Shown: in pieces, positions 25,330-37,850 of the stretch
Numbering within the stretch: the first letter of the stretch is position 1
Layout of the letters: each line of letters opens with the position of its first letter
Origin: Eledone cirrhosa
Lineage: Eukaryota
Length of the DNA: 64,000 nucleotides
Reading direction: 5' to 3'
NCBI GenBank assembly: GCA_964016885.1
Contig: OZ024740.1
Span: 124,186,001-124,250,000, forward strand
Notes under the pieces: model-generated
Databases searched by the model: none
What the model saw: only the letters and a program-made list of their open reading frames with translations
What the model was told of the DNA's origin: nothing
Program-made: the position numbers and the translations under genes

Positions 25330-28300
25330 ATATATATATATATAAGTGAGAAACAAAAAACAAAAACAAGCAGTGCAGTACGAACAGTGTTTGTATTAGG
25401 GTCACGCTGAAGAGTGAGGGTGGGGGACGACGTTTCGGGCATAAGCCCTTCAGCAAGAGAAAAGTGGGAAGGAAAAGAGTTCCGAGGGTGTGAGGGGAGT
25501 GATGGAAAGACATTAAAGGGGGGGGTGATTAAAAGGAAGGGAAAACACTTAAAATGAAAACATGTGGTGAATGGGTGTGAGGTGTGTTGAGGTGGTGGCA
25601 GGTGGATGGAGGGGGACAGAGAAGAAGGAATCAGGGCTCCGTGCGGGGTGGGTGGAAGGTGGTATCTGTGTAGGTGTACATGTGTGTGTGTGTGTGTGGA
25701 TTTGAGTGTGAGAGTTTGGAGAAGAACGAGGTTCCATGTTCGTGTAATAGGAAAACCAGTGTGTACATTGGGTGGGGTATCAGTCAGTGTGTATGTGTGT
25801 GTGCATGTGGATGGAGAGAGGTCGGAGTCTAAGTAGGTGTATGTGAGGATACGCACGACTGTGTGCGTTTTTGTGTGGTGTGGATACGTTGGAATGTATG
25901 GTTGCGTGTGAGCGAAAATAGTGTAAGTGTTTGTGTGTGTTCCTGAATGTTTTCCCGGTGAATGTGTGGACAGATGGTGAAAATATCCGGGTATAAAAAG
26001 CTGGATGTCTAGAGCGTGTGACCAGTGGTGTAGCATCCGTGGAATGGTGCGGAGGAAGTAGAAAGTTGTGGGGCACGCGCGCAAGAGGAAGTGGTCAAGA
26101 AGGTCAAGGCAGCCGGTAGTGAAGGTAGGGCGAAGGATGCGAGAGAGAGAGGAGATAGCAGTTAAGAGGATGACAGACAGGCGAGTGGTAGGAGGCAGGT
26201 CTGGTATGTATGTGTGTGTGGAGGTGCAGAGGACAGGAGAGGTGGTGGGTTAGTGTGAATAGTTGAGGGAGAGGGTGGCGGTGTGTGTGGGGGTGTATAT
26301 TTCTGGAGGGGTTAGTAGGATGTGTGTGCGTGGGGAGAGAGAGAATGCTGGGAACAGTATGAGTGAGTGTGATATACTTGTGTGAGTGTGTGTGTGTTTG
26401 GGTGTGAGTGCGTATGTGTAGGGGGGGGTCGAATACGGGTGTGTGGGTGGGGGTTAGTGGTGGTAGTGTGGGTGTGGATTGGGTTGTGTATCGGTATGCA
26501 CATGGGTGTGGGTGAGTGTATGTATCGTGGTGTGTGTTCATGTGTGCCTGATGAGGGAGATGTTTAGTATTATTAGTGGTGGGGTGGTCTGATGTGGATG
26601 TGTAGGGGGAGGGGACAGGGGTGTTGGGTGAGGGCGGCGTGGACGAGGGAGAGAGGTAACCTCTCCGGATGAAATGGCTGACCAGAGACAGGGCCTGAGT
26701 CTCGAAGTCAGCATGTCGGCTGCAGAGCAGCAGATCCGGAGGAGGTGGGAGTAGGGAATGGAGTGTTTGGTGTCTGTAGGGTGGGAGGAGGTGAAGTCTA
26801 GATAGGAGTGGGATTCGGTGGGTTTGAAGAAGACGGAGGTGATGAGGGAGTGGTGGGAGGGGTCGATGGCAATGGAGATGTCCAAGAAGTGGATGGTGGA
26901 GATAGAGGTAGTGAAGTGGAGGGAGGGGTATAAGGAGCAGAAGAAGGAGAGAAAGGAGTCAAGCTGTTCTCTCGGGTGAGGGTCATGGCTCCAATGCAGT
27001 CGTCAATGTACCGACCGTACAGTTATGTTGTGGGGCTCGTGTATTGGGCAAAGATTTGGGTTTCAACATGGCCAACGAAAAGGTTGGCATAGTTGGGGCC
27101 CATTCTTGTGCCCTTATCTACCCCAGTGGCCTGCTGCTAAAATTCACCCGAGAAGGAGAAGCAGTTAAATCTGAGGACCAGCTCACCGAGACGAAGGAGG
27201 GTGGGAGTGGAGGGGACGGTGGAGGAGTGAAGGTCGATGTAGTGCCGGAGTGCATGTAGGCCGTCGGCGTGGGGCATGATGGTCTAAAGGGACTTAATGT
27301 CCAGGTTGAAGAGGAGGGGATGTGGTGCAGGTGGGAAGGTGACGGAGTCAAAAAGCGAAAGGCGTGGTTGGTGTCGGAGATGTGGGAGGGGAGGGCAGTG
27401 ACGAGGGAGGCGACTATGGAGTTGAGAAAGGCGGAGATGAGTTCGGTTGGGCAGTTGCAGGTGGAGACGATGGGGCGGCCGGGGTTGTCGGGTTTGTTGA
27501 TCTTGGGGAGGAAGTAGATAGTGGGGGGTGCAGAGGGTGCGGACGATGTGGTGGGAAGCGGTGGGATGGAAGAGGAAATGAGGTGTTGGATGGTGGAGGA
27601 AACTTGTTGTTGGGAGAGGGGGTGGGGTCGGAAGGTAGCGGTGGTAGAAGAGGGGGTTGCGGAGCTGCCTCAGGGCTTCGGCCATGTAGCGGTTGGCGCG
27701 GCACACCACCACAGTGCCTCCCTTGTCTGCCGGTTTGATGACGATGTCGTCGTGGTTACGAAGGGAGCGGAGAGCGAGGAGTTTGACCCGTGAGATGTTA
27801 TTCCGTTTGGAGCAGCGGCGGAAGTCGAAGCGATTTAATGAGCTACGGCAGGCGTCAAGGAACGCATCCAGAGTGATAAATTGCCTGGGTGCCGTCGGCC
27901 CAGGTTGAGAAATCGGTCTGGGGCGTTCGGAGCCGGTGGAGTGTTGTAGAAGTGCGCCTGTAGCTTGGTGCATCACACAAAACGCTCGACGTCCGCTCGG
28001 GTGTGGAAATTATCGCTGTAAGGGTGTGGGGTATGAAGCGCAGGCCTCTACTGAGAGGTTGGGGGTATGGTGACAACAGGTGGAGGGTGGGGAAGACGGG
28101 TTGGAGGGGCGTGGTTTGGAGTGGTGTGATGGGTGATATGGGGTGGGGTCAGTTGGGGGATTGAGTGGAGCTTGTGGGCTTTGATGGAGGTGAGGAAGGA
28201 GAAGAGGTCACGGTCGAGGTTATGGATGAAGGAGATGATGGAGTGGGTGAGGTGAGGTTAACACGTGGAGTGGAGGTGGAGGAGGGTGGGGGGAGTTTGT

Positions 28301-28545
28301 TGTCAAGGTTGTGGATGGTGGAGAGGGAGGAGTGACTGGAGTTACACATGAGGAGACGCGAGGAACGAGTGCGGATGCGTTGGGTGTATATGAAGTGAGG
28401 GGGTGGGGTGGATGGGGAGGAAGAAGCTGCGGGGGATGAGATGGAGATAGAGGCAGTTGGTGAGGAAATGGATGTGGCTGGAATGCCAGGTGAATTGTGC
28501 AGACCTAGCCCAAATACATGCAGCACAATCGACTCTACTATAAGC
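25330..28545 (-). mobile_element. Near full-length decayed Penelope-like element with N-terminal domain and RT but no recognisable GIY-YIG
   Basis: HSSHIHFLTNCL..LIP, LSRGLRFIP, IKPADKGGTVVV, MGPNYANLFVG, YGRYIDDCIG, FKPTESHSYLDFTSSHP..SIPYS. Confidence 0.88.
25429..25456 (-). ncRNA. Degenerate minimal hammerhead at the PLE 3' end
   Basis: Minus strand reads TTGCTGA A GGGC-TTAT-GCCC GAAA CG TC; the core differs from CTGATGA at 2 positions. Confidence 0.6.
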
Positions 28546-28699
28546 CGCCAAGGGCCAGGTGGTGCTGTTAAATTGGATAATAGTTGATGGATTAAGTCTA
28601 GCATCCAAGGTGGCCACAGTTTAATTTTAATCCAGAACACAAAATGCAAAAACAAATATCACAAAGCAACTTATCTGATCAACTAACAATTTCATCACT

Positions 28700-28855
28700 T
28701 CACCAGATAGAAATGGTACTTTATTGTATAAAACCCCAAAAGAACAAAAGGCAATGTTGATCTCAACAGGATTTCAAATGTGAACACAGTGAGCCATAAC
28801 AGATACTGGAAGGGATTTTCTACGTTGCTCCAACACCTCTGCTAATTCACTGCTT
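28700..28855 (-). mobile_element. Decayed tRNA-SINE (57711 family)
   Basis: ggtactttatt..aaaggcaatgttgatctcaacaggatttcaa..ctgctaattcactgc is the reverse complement of the family head and core. Confidence 0.6.
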
Positions 28856-28869
28856 ATCTACATAATTTC

Positions 28870-29480
28870 TTCATTAACTGTTCTGCCGGTGTCTTTTACT
28901 TCTTATCAATCATGCTCCAGTTGCCAGAATTTGTATATTGTATTTAAGATGATCTTTCACTTGGTTTAAAACTACCAATATCTGGCAGAATCCAATCTAT
29001 CGTGATAATTCAGATCAGGTCTCCAGTAATATCCTCCCCCTATAATAAATATTGGAACCCCAAAAAGAATGATGAATGCTGCTAATCCATCTATGACATC
29101 ACAATAGAAAATAGCTGTGTACAACATAGCACAGGAGAAGTTGGTCTTGTCCAGATGAATTTATGTTGTGTGAAACCAAGGATCCTTCTCTGGAATGATT
29201 ATTTTCAAGGCTTTCTTTGTGTAGAAGGCCAGCTGTTGTCCAAGTATGCATGTTACCCCTCTCCATGCTACCCATATGACCCAAGTTCAATGCAATGGCT
29301 GATACAGTTTGGCATCAGTAATACTGCAAGGCAAAGTTATAATATAAAGGGCCAAAAGGGATACTGCAATACATTCTTTCATAAAATTTCACAAGATATG
29401 TCTAATTCTGTCATTGCAATTCAATGTCTGTAGATGATACAATGTCATCAATGACCTTATAACAGTACTAACTTCTGGAA
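28870..29480 (-). mobile_element. Possible very old LINE RT fragment
   Basis: Weak motifs IDDIV and QRRILG on the minus strand. Confidence 0.3.
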
Positions 29481-29712
29481 ACATCAAAAAGTAATCATAA
29501 AACAAAATTTCAGTATATTCATGTGTATAGTTAATAATATTCAAAAGAAAAATTATTTTCAATATGAGGAGGAAAATGTGGGGACATGGGAGATTTCTAC
29601 GAAAGATAATATGCAAAAAAGATTTTTTTAAATATTGGCTGTAAAAAGGTTTGAGTTGTTTGAAGAAAGCATGTGCATACTTTTGTTTAAAATACAAAGA
29701 CTAAATAGGTTA

Positions 29713-29966
29713 TGTTGTATGGACTGGGAATCGATCTCACAACCTGATTGTTGTATGGACTGGGAATCGATCTCACAACCTGATTGTTGTATGGACTGTT
29801 AAATTCGTTTTATTCAATTTACACGTGCTCACACATTTGCATATGACTCACGTGACTTTATGTTATTCTGCTACTATGAGGAGGGGCGTTTTGGTTGTTT
29901 CGTACAATACACAAATTATTTGATATAACTCGTGTTTTCTCTGCGAGTACCGAGAGGAATACAACA
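29713..29966 (+). repeat. 5' LTR (TG..CA) with a 36-bp tandem unit x2.4
   Basis: Matches 34414-34692 apart from one extra 36-bp unit and a 60-bp deletion. Confidence 0.95.
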
Positions 29967-29974
29967 GAGTTTAT

Positions 29975-29993
29975 TGGCGTCGCCGATAGGATT
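29975..29993 (+). promoter_or_regulatory. Primer binding site, tRNA-Ser-like
   Basis: TGGCGTCGCCGATAGGATT, 8 nt after the LTR end; resembles the complement of metazoan tRNA-Ser 3' ends. Confidence 0.7.
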
Positions 29994-30117
29994 TACCTAC
30001 ATTGCCGATAGGATTTACATACATTGCCGATAGGATTTACCTACATTGCCGGTAGGATTTACCTACATTGCCGATAGGATTTACATACATTGCCGATAGG
30101 ATTTACATACATTGCCG
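29982..30117 (+). repeat. 22-bp tandem repeat x6 in the Gypsy leader
   Basis: Unit GCCGATAGGATTTAC(C/A)TACATT. Confidence 0.95.
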
Positions 30118-30139
30118 GGAAATTGTTTATCATAAAAAC

Positions 30140-33100
30140 ATGGCGGAACAACAAACAGCGGAGCTAATAAAGTTGTTTAGAGAACAGATGGAACAACAAA
30201 TGCAACAACACAAGAAAGATATGGACACTCTGATAAAACTGTTTGGTGCTCGAGATTCTGAACAACAGAGTTTATTGGCGTCGCCAGTTGCTTCGACACC
30301 AACAGTATTCATCCCACCATTTGCTGCTTTTGATTCAACAACAGAACTATGGCCTGATTACTGGTCAAGATTCTGCACGTTTGTGGCTGCTAACGCTGTA
30401 CCCGAGCAACGCATGGCACAAGTGTTCCTGACTAATCAGACGGCTGCTATCTACAAACAACTTGCAAATCTGGCTGCTCAACAAAATCCGCCTAAGGATA
30501 TCAACAAGTTGACAATGGACGAAATTGTTGACTTCATGAAAGAACAGTTCGACCCAAAACTTTTCATTGTGAGAGAACATTCCAAGTTCTGGAGTGACAT
30601 GCAACGGAAGCCAGGCGAAACTCTCCAGGAGCTGGCAGCACGTATACCTCAGGATGCAGCTACCTGTGATTTTCCTACGATCACAAATCCACAAGATGAA
30701 GCTCTAAGACAGAGATTTATATGTTCTGTCAATAATGAAGCTGTGTTGAAGGCTATTTTCAAGATCAATGATACAGAACTAGATTTCGCCCGTGCTGTCC
30801 AAGTTGCCATTGGGACCGAAGATGCAGCAAAGGTTGCCAAGGAAACTGTTTAAGGTTCCAAAACCAAGCAAGTCTACAAGGTCCAACAGAACAAGAACAA
30901 GGGTCCTCAAAAGAACCATCAGCAGTCTTATTCCACAGACCAGGAGATGTGCTACCGATGTGGAAAGGCCCACAAAGCGACAGACTGCCCCTTCAAAGAG
31001 CCAAATGTCATTTTTGTGACAAAAAGGGATATTTGCAAGAGGTGTGTAGAAAGAAACAATATCAGCAACGTAATCATCGTTCGCAGAATTACGTGAAAAG
31101 AATCACGAAAGCTGAGCTAGCCAAGGCGATCCTTGGTGAAGTTCCCCACGATACTCATAGTTTGAATGTGCCAATAACAATCCAGAACAAACTTTTCACA
31201 ATGGAATTGGACACAGCTACTACAGGCAATTTTGTTTCCTTGTCAGTTTGGAAACAATTAGGAAAACCGAAGCTGCCAGATGTCAAACATCGGTTTGAAT
31301 CTGCCAGCAAGCACGACCTGCCCATTCTGGGAACTTTCATGGGCCAAACCAAGGATCCAACGACCGGTAAACGGAATTCAATACCCTACATCGTCACCAT
31401 GATCCCTGATCTTAATTTGCTGGGACGAAACGCTATCCAGACTCTGGGAATTTCCGTGGACAATGCTCTAGGAGTGAAAAGCATAGACAGCCAGGCCAAG
31501 AGTGAGGGTGCAGAAGTGATGCATCCAAAGTCCTCAAATGAGCCCTATGTTTCCATGCAACGAGATTATCACAACATGTGTGATGAATTCCCAGATCTCT
31601 TCAAGCAAGAATTGGGATGTCTTAATGACTTCGAACTGGAAGTGAAGTTCAAGTCGGACGCGACACCGGTCTTTCACAAGGCACGCCCGGTCCCGTTTGC
31701 TCTTCGTGATGACCTGGCCAAAGGTTACGAAGAAGGCATCGCCAAAGGAATCTGGAAGCCAGTACAGTTCAACGAATACGGAACGCCAGTGGTACCGATT
31801 CGTAAAGCACATACTTCAGGCAACCTGAAGCCGAAACTACGGATTTGTGGTGACTACTCTGTGGGAATTAATGACCAACTTGCAGATCATCGTCATCCAA
31901 TGCCACTCACAGAGGAACTGATGTAGAAGCTCGGAGGTGGATTCGGATACACAAAGATTGATCTTGCTGATGCCTATAATCAGATCAAGCTGGCTCCAGA
32001 AAGTCAACGTAGGCTTGCACTCAGCACTCACCGTGGGGTGCTCCTGCAGGAACGACTCCCTTTCGGAATCAAGTCAGCACCTGGTTACTTTCAGGAGATC
32101 ATGGAAAACCTGACTCAAGATCTACCTGGTGTGGCCGTCTTCCAGGACGACATGCTCGTCAGTGGGAAAGATGCAAACGTTCACCTGAACAACCTAAAGC
32201 GTCTGCTCACACGTCTGTGCGACAAAGGAGTCAAATGTCGCCGTGACAAGTGCCAGTTTGCACTACCTAGCGTGGAATACCTTGGACACACCTTGTCGGC
32301 TGAAGGGATCGCGAAGGGATCCAAGGTCGAAGCAGTTTTAAAGATGCCACCTCCAACGAACGTCTCAAGCTTGAAGTCTTTCCTGGGTTCAGTTCAGTTC
32401 TATGGAAAGTTTATCCCAAACCTGGCCAACATGGCAGAGCCACTCTATTGCCTTACGAAAAAAACGACTACTTGGAAGTGGGGAGATGAAGAACAGTCAG
32501 CTTTCGATCAGTCGAAAAATGTGCTTTCATCGGATCGAGTTCTGATACACTTCGATCCAAACAAAACTTTGGGACTGGCTTGCGACGCGTCAAACGTTGG
32601 TATTGGAGCAGTCCTGTTTCATCGCTATCCTGATGGAAGCGAGCGCCCGATATCCAATGTGTCCAAGACTCTTACTTCTGTACAGCGTAACTACGGCCAA
32701 ATTCAAAAGGAAGCCCTGGCCATCATATTTGGCTTGCAGAAGTTCTATCAGTATCTGTACAGACATCAGTTTATACTCGTAACTGACCACAAGCCACTGA
32801 CATCACTGTTCAGTCCGAGGAAAGGGACGCCACTTCTCGCTGCTAACCGACTAGCACGGTCGGACCTGTGGCTGAACCAGTTTGACTATACCATCGAATA
32901 TCGGAAAACAGCGGATCATGGAAATGCAGATGCCCTCAGTCACTTGCCATTTGGTAATGACATCGACTTTGACAGGAGGAAAATGGTGAAGACATGGACA
33001 TGGTGTGCGCCATCAAAGCTCTCAGTCTTCAAGTCCAACCTATCGATGCTAACGTCTTCCGTCAAGAGTCAGGGAAAGATCCAGTGATATCTACAGTGAT

Positions 33101-34379
33101 ACGCTACGTCCGTGAAGGCTAGCCACCAAAGAATACTGAGATCAATGACGAAGTCAATAAGTTCCGGAAGTTATCAGATTCACTCAGTATCTGCCACGGA
33201 TGCCTTATCCATGGATCGGGAGTTGTGATTCCATATAGCTTACAGCCAAAGATCCTCAATCTTCTGCATCTCGGACACTTTGGCATGGAGCGCATGAAAC
33301 AATTGGCAAGAACTGCTGTTTATTGGCCTGGTATCGATGCTGCTATAGAGAAAACCAGTCGACAATGTGATTCGTGTGGTGAACATCAAAACCAGCCATC
33401 CAAGTCTCCAGTTCACCCATGGATGTTACCTGAAAAGCCGTGGAGCCGCTTACACCTGGACCACGCAAAAAATTTCATGGGCAGTAATTGGTTGGTGATC
33501 ACGGATGCTTATTCCAAGTATCCATGCATTCATCCTACGTCATCCACGTCCTCCAGAGCCACTTTAGATCTGCTTGAAGAAGACTTTGCGCACTTCGGAT
33601 TTCCTCACACGCTAGTCACCGATAACGCACCAACTTTTATTTCTGAGGAGTTCCAGAGCTGGTGCAAAGAACGTGGGATCACGCACCTGACAGGGGCACC
33701 TTACCACCCAGCTACCAACAGAGCAGCGGAACGTTTGGTGCAGACCTTCAAACAAGCTCTGAGGAAGACTTCTCTTCCGCCGAAGCGAGCACTTCAAGAG
33801 TTATTGATGCAGTACCGGAGAACACCGACATCCAGTGGATTCTCTCCGAGTGAACTTTTGAATCACCGGCATATACGGACAAGGATTGATTCTCTGCTGC
33901 CCTCGCCAGCACACATCGCTCAAGGCAAGCAGTCTAAGGAAGCATATAAGTCTCAGATGACTCCAGACTCGGCAGGTGTCGCTAAGGTTACCAGGCAGTA
34001 CAAGGCTGGAGATCCTGTGTATGCACTGTACTACGGACCTCGCCGAGACAAAGATCCCCGATGGGTACCAGCAATCATTAAGAAGTCATTGGGTACTCAC
34101 TGCTTCAACGTTATGGTCATAACTCATGGCCTGGTGTGGAGACGACACTGGGAACAGCTGCAACCGCGGTACTCTACTTAGGAAGACAATGAACCTGGTG
34201 ATGCAGTAGACACTGTTTTTGAATTTGCAACAGATCACCCGATGGAGATCTCGGAAATCGTGCCACTAACTCCAAGACAGACCAGACCCAAGACCTTGTT
34301 GCCCGTTCCAGAGTATGGACCAGACAATCGAAAACGGTCCAAGAGAACTCGTAAACCCCCAGAGAGACTTTGCTGTTGA
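30140..34379 (+). pseudogene. Gypsy gag-pol polyprotein, broken by stops (~30851, 31924, 33120, 34179) and frameshifts (~30985, ~32980)
   Basis: Zn knuckles CYRCGKAH..C and CHFC..GY...VC; protease LDTATTG; RT ICGDY, RLPFG, FQDD; RNase H DASNVGIGAV; integrase HLGH..CDSC, DNAPTF, AERLVQTFK. Confidence 0.95.
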
Positions 34380-34413
34380 TGCTTCTTTTGTCACATCAAT
34401 TTCGGTGGGGAGG

Positions 34414-34692
34414 TGTTGTATGGACTGGGAATCGAACTCACAACCTCATTGTTGTATGGACTGTTAAATTCGTTTTATTCAATTTACACGTGCTTACACA
34501 TTTGCATATGAATCACGTGACCTGGGCAGTCAGTCAGCGTTGGTATTAAAAACTCGGTCACAGACTGCTGCTGTCACTTACTTCATGTTATTCTGCTACC
34601 GTGAGGAGGGGGCGTTTTGGTTGTTTCGTACAATACACAAATTATTTGATATAACTCGTGTTTTCTCTGCGAGTACCAAGAGGAATACAATA
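34414..34692 (+). repeat. 3' LTR
   Basis: Follows the PPT, ends TACAATA (CA changed to TA), then the TSD GGTTA. Confidence 0.95.
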
Positions 34693-35239
34693 GGTTATTT
34701 GTCAAAAATTTATTTTCAAGAAGGAACTTCTACTTGAAATTTTCTTTGAATGTAGACTTAGAAGTTGGTAAAATCTATTTTCCATTGTCTTTAAAAAGTA
34801 GCATACTTTAAGTTGAAATTCATCATTAAGTCTATGCAATAATTAAAATCCAGTTAATTGTAAAGGCATTCAGCTAAATAGTGCCCCAGAGCAAATAGAA
34901 ACGCTGAATTTGAAATCAAATGTAAAACAAATATATTTGCAATATAAAATTTACATAAATTTAAACTAATTAATTCTAAGATTGCCAATAGAAAAATATC
35001 TGAAAGATTGACATTTTATGTATTAATGAGAATTTGTTCCTTATAGAATTATAAAACAGATATTTATCAATTAAAACATAGATTTGCAGAAAAGACATTT
35101 TATTAAATGAGTTGGCTGCAATTGTTTTGTAGAAAAGAATAGACATCTTACAGTTATGTAGCTGGTCTCCTATATGGGCTTGCATTTCATAAAGGGTTTC
35201 TCAGATGTTTTTATGATAGAGGCCCAGTCCTATCATGAA

Positions 35240-35348
35240 AAACAGTGTGAAATGAAGAGCCTTGCTCAAGAAAGTAACACCCTTCTCAATCAGGAATCAA
35301 ACCTATGACCATATGATCATGGGGTCAAACCTTTATCCATTAGGTCAT
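35240..35348 (-). mobile_element. Decayed tRNA-SINE head (7497 family)
   Basis: gtgaaatgaagagccttgctcaag..ggaatcaaacc is the reverse complement of the core and B box. Confidence 0.6.
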
Positions 35349-36912
35349 ATATAGACTTCATAATAGTGAGAATAGCTATTTTGATTAACTTCAATATATA
35401 ACTGGCATTTGTAGTGACTACAAATAAAGTGAAAGTCAACTCCATTTTGATTTGAAACAATGATGAAAATAAAAAAATATTTCTATCAGGTTACATGTAA
35501 CTCCAGCAGGTAGAAACCGTCTCTTGTCTTTACCAAGAACTATCTAGTTTGTGCTGGTATTGATTTGTGGATTTGCCTTAATTTTTACACTAGACATACA
35601 GGTTGGTGAAAGTCCTTTTTAGGCGTCTAAGTGCAATTTGTACATAGAGCATTAGTAAGGGGCTTTGTGATATCTATTTTGTTTCTTTGTGTTCTAACAA
35701 TTCTATTTCTCCAGTGCTGTACATTGCAAATTCCTTTAATGACCATGAAAGGATGAAAAGCAAATATGACATTTTTGTACATCAACTGTCACAAGGCACT
35801 GATCGAACCTGAGGTTAGTATAAAATTCACATGCCCAAAATAACAAACAAAAGGCTAGAATATAACTGACACCATACAGAAGCAAAGTGAACATATTTAC
35901 TACACCGCTATGTCTGCAACTATGTTATATAACCCTCTGTTTATATTTTCTACTTTTGAAGTTGACATAACATGTTACTACATCTGTAGTAATTGTAGAC
36001 TGGATCAGTAGCTCACTAACTGCTGTATACAACTATATAAGCATCATATAAAAGCTGAAATAATCACAATTTTTTGTGGATATGTCTGACATTTGTTACT
36101 TAACTTACAGCTAAGCTAAGCTTTTGTGGGTAGTACATAAGTATGTTTACCTACATTTGAATGTATATTCTCTTTTCATTGCTGATACATATTCTTGAGC
36201 TTGTGTATGTCACTGTGAGCCTGTGCTTCATTGTGCATTTATGCTTATGTATATACACATACATTGATATATATATATATATATATATCATATATCATGT
36301 ATATATGATTTTTTTTTAATGTGTGGATAAATATACAAAGTTGTTCCAATATGTGTGTGTGTGTCTCTGTTCATGCAAATGTACAAATAAATATATTTGC
36401 TTCTATGAATGAATATACTGATTATAAAAATTATACCAGAAACATTTCTTTTTAAAAAAGGAAGAAAATTTAAAAAATTATTACAGAAACATCAAAAAGA
36501 AAAAAAGCTAATATTCTTTCCAGATTGTTGCGAAGTATATTATTGCATAGTGAACCAAAATGATTCTTTTTTCTTTAATTCATTAAACTATCTACTACCT
36601 AGTGTATTCAGACAAGTAGATTATGGAAATGATGACATTAAATAGCTTTTGCTCAACTCAAGTGTATTTTGGTCCAATGAAGAAATCCATTTCCATTATA
36701 CCTATATATTTGAAATCATACGAACAATTTTATGTTGGAAACATGGAACAAAAAAAATAAATAAATAAATAAATGAAATAACAATGTAGAAACAAAATGC
36801 AGTAATAATAAATTCTTCTGAATGACAATTCTTTGAATCTAATCTCCATCTAGGTCAGTATTAAGAGAGCCCCAACTAGGAGCAGAATTTATGCACACAC
36901 ACTCACGCGGGT

Positions 36913-36953
<41 letters not shown>

Positions 36954-36963
36954 TACACACATA

Positions 36964-37000
<37 letters not shown>

Positions 37001-37661
37001 AATACTCGGAAGATCATTTATAGCATACTTATGCAGGATCTTCAGATTAGATAACCATTTGAATTCATTCGAACTGATTTCTTTCTGTTCAATGTATAGA
37101 CAAGCCATAATCATAAGTCCTTCTGACCATAGAGAAATGTAAAAAATCATCATCAATATAAGCATCATCATCATCATTATTGCCATTATCATCTCTTCAT
37201 CAACATCACCATCATTTACACAAAATATTCTCAAACTAGAATCTATGAGGCCACTTCCTTAATCTTAAAAGAACAACATATAAATGCATGCACACACAGA
37301 TAATCATAGAATTAAGTGTGCATGTGCATACACTTATTTAAATGTTTTGTTTTTTATGTACTTATGTTTCCTATAATTGTTTCTACATCTATGAAATATA
37401 TAGTCCTTAATCTTTATTATAATCTCTGTAAAAATAAAAATCTGAAACCATGCAACATACAGATAGATGATGGATAGACATTTTCTTTTGATCTAAATGT
37501 TTTGCCCAGATAGATACATAGCAAAATAAGTTCTAATTACAGGGAGCCAGCCCTTTTGTTTGGAAGACTCTAAATCATATCTAGTATATTTCATGATTTT
37601 TTTCATATCCTTTAAAACTAAAAACTTAATATTTACAACTATGGTTACCAAAAGAAGAAAA

Positions 37662-37850
37662 CAATAACAATGGTTTCTGACTTTGGCACAAGGCCAGCAA
37701 TTTTTGGGAAAGGGAAAATCGATTAAATCAACCCCCGTAAGGATGTAGGGCAAATCTAATCTAGGCAGGATTTGAACACAGAAACATAAGATCCAGAATA
37801 ATTGCCCCCAAAGTATTTTGTTCGACGCACTACCGATTATGCCAATCAAC
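37662..37850 (-). mobile_element. tRNA-SINE (57711 family), decayed
   Basis: tttggcacaaggccagcaatt..ggatttgaacacagaa..ctaccgattatgccaat. Confidence 0.75.

Larger units (their letters stand above)
29713..34692 (+). mobile_element. Full-length, disabled Ty3/Gypsy LTR retrotransposon (Mag-like)
   Basis: LTRs at 29713-29966 and 34414-34692; 5-bp TSD GGTTA (29708-29712, 34693-34697); PBS at 29975; PPT ggtggggagg; domain order gag-PR-RT-RH-IN. Confidence 0.96.

Noticed and set aside
29713-30117. CRISPR-like array (36-bp and 22-bp repeats)
   Set aside because: Head-to-tail repeats without unique spacers, inside an LTR element; eukaryotic context and no cas genes.
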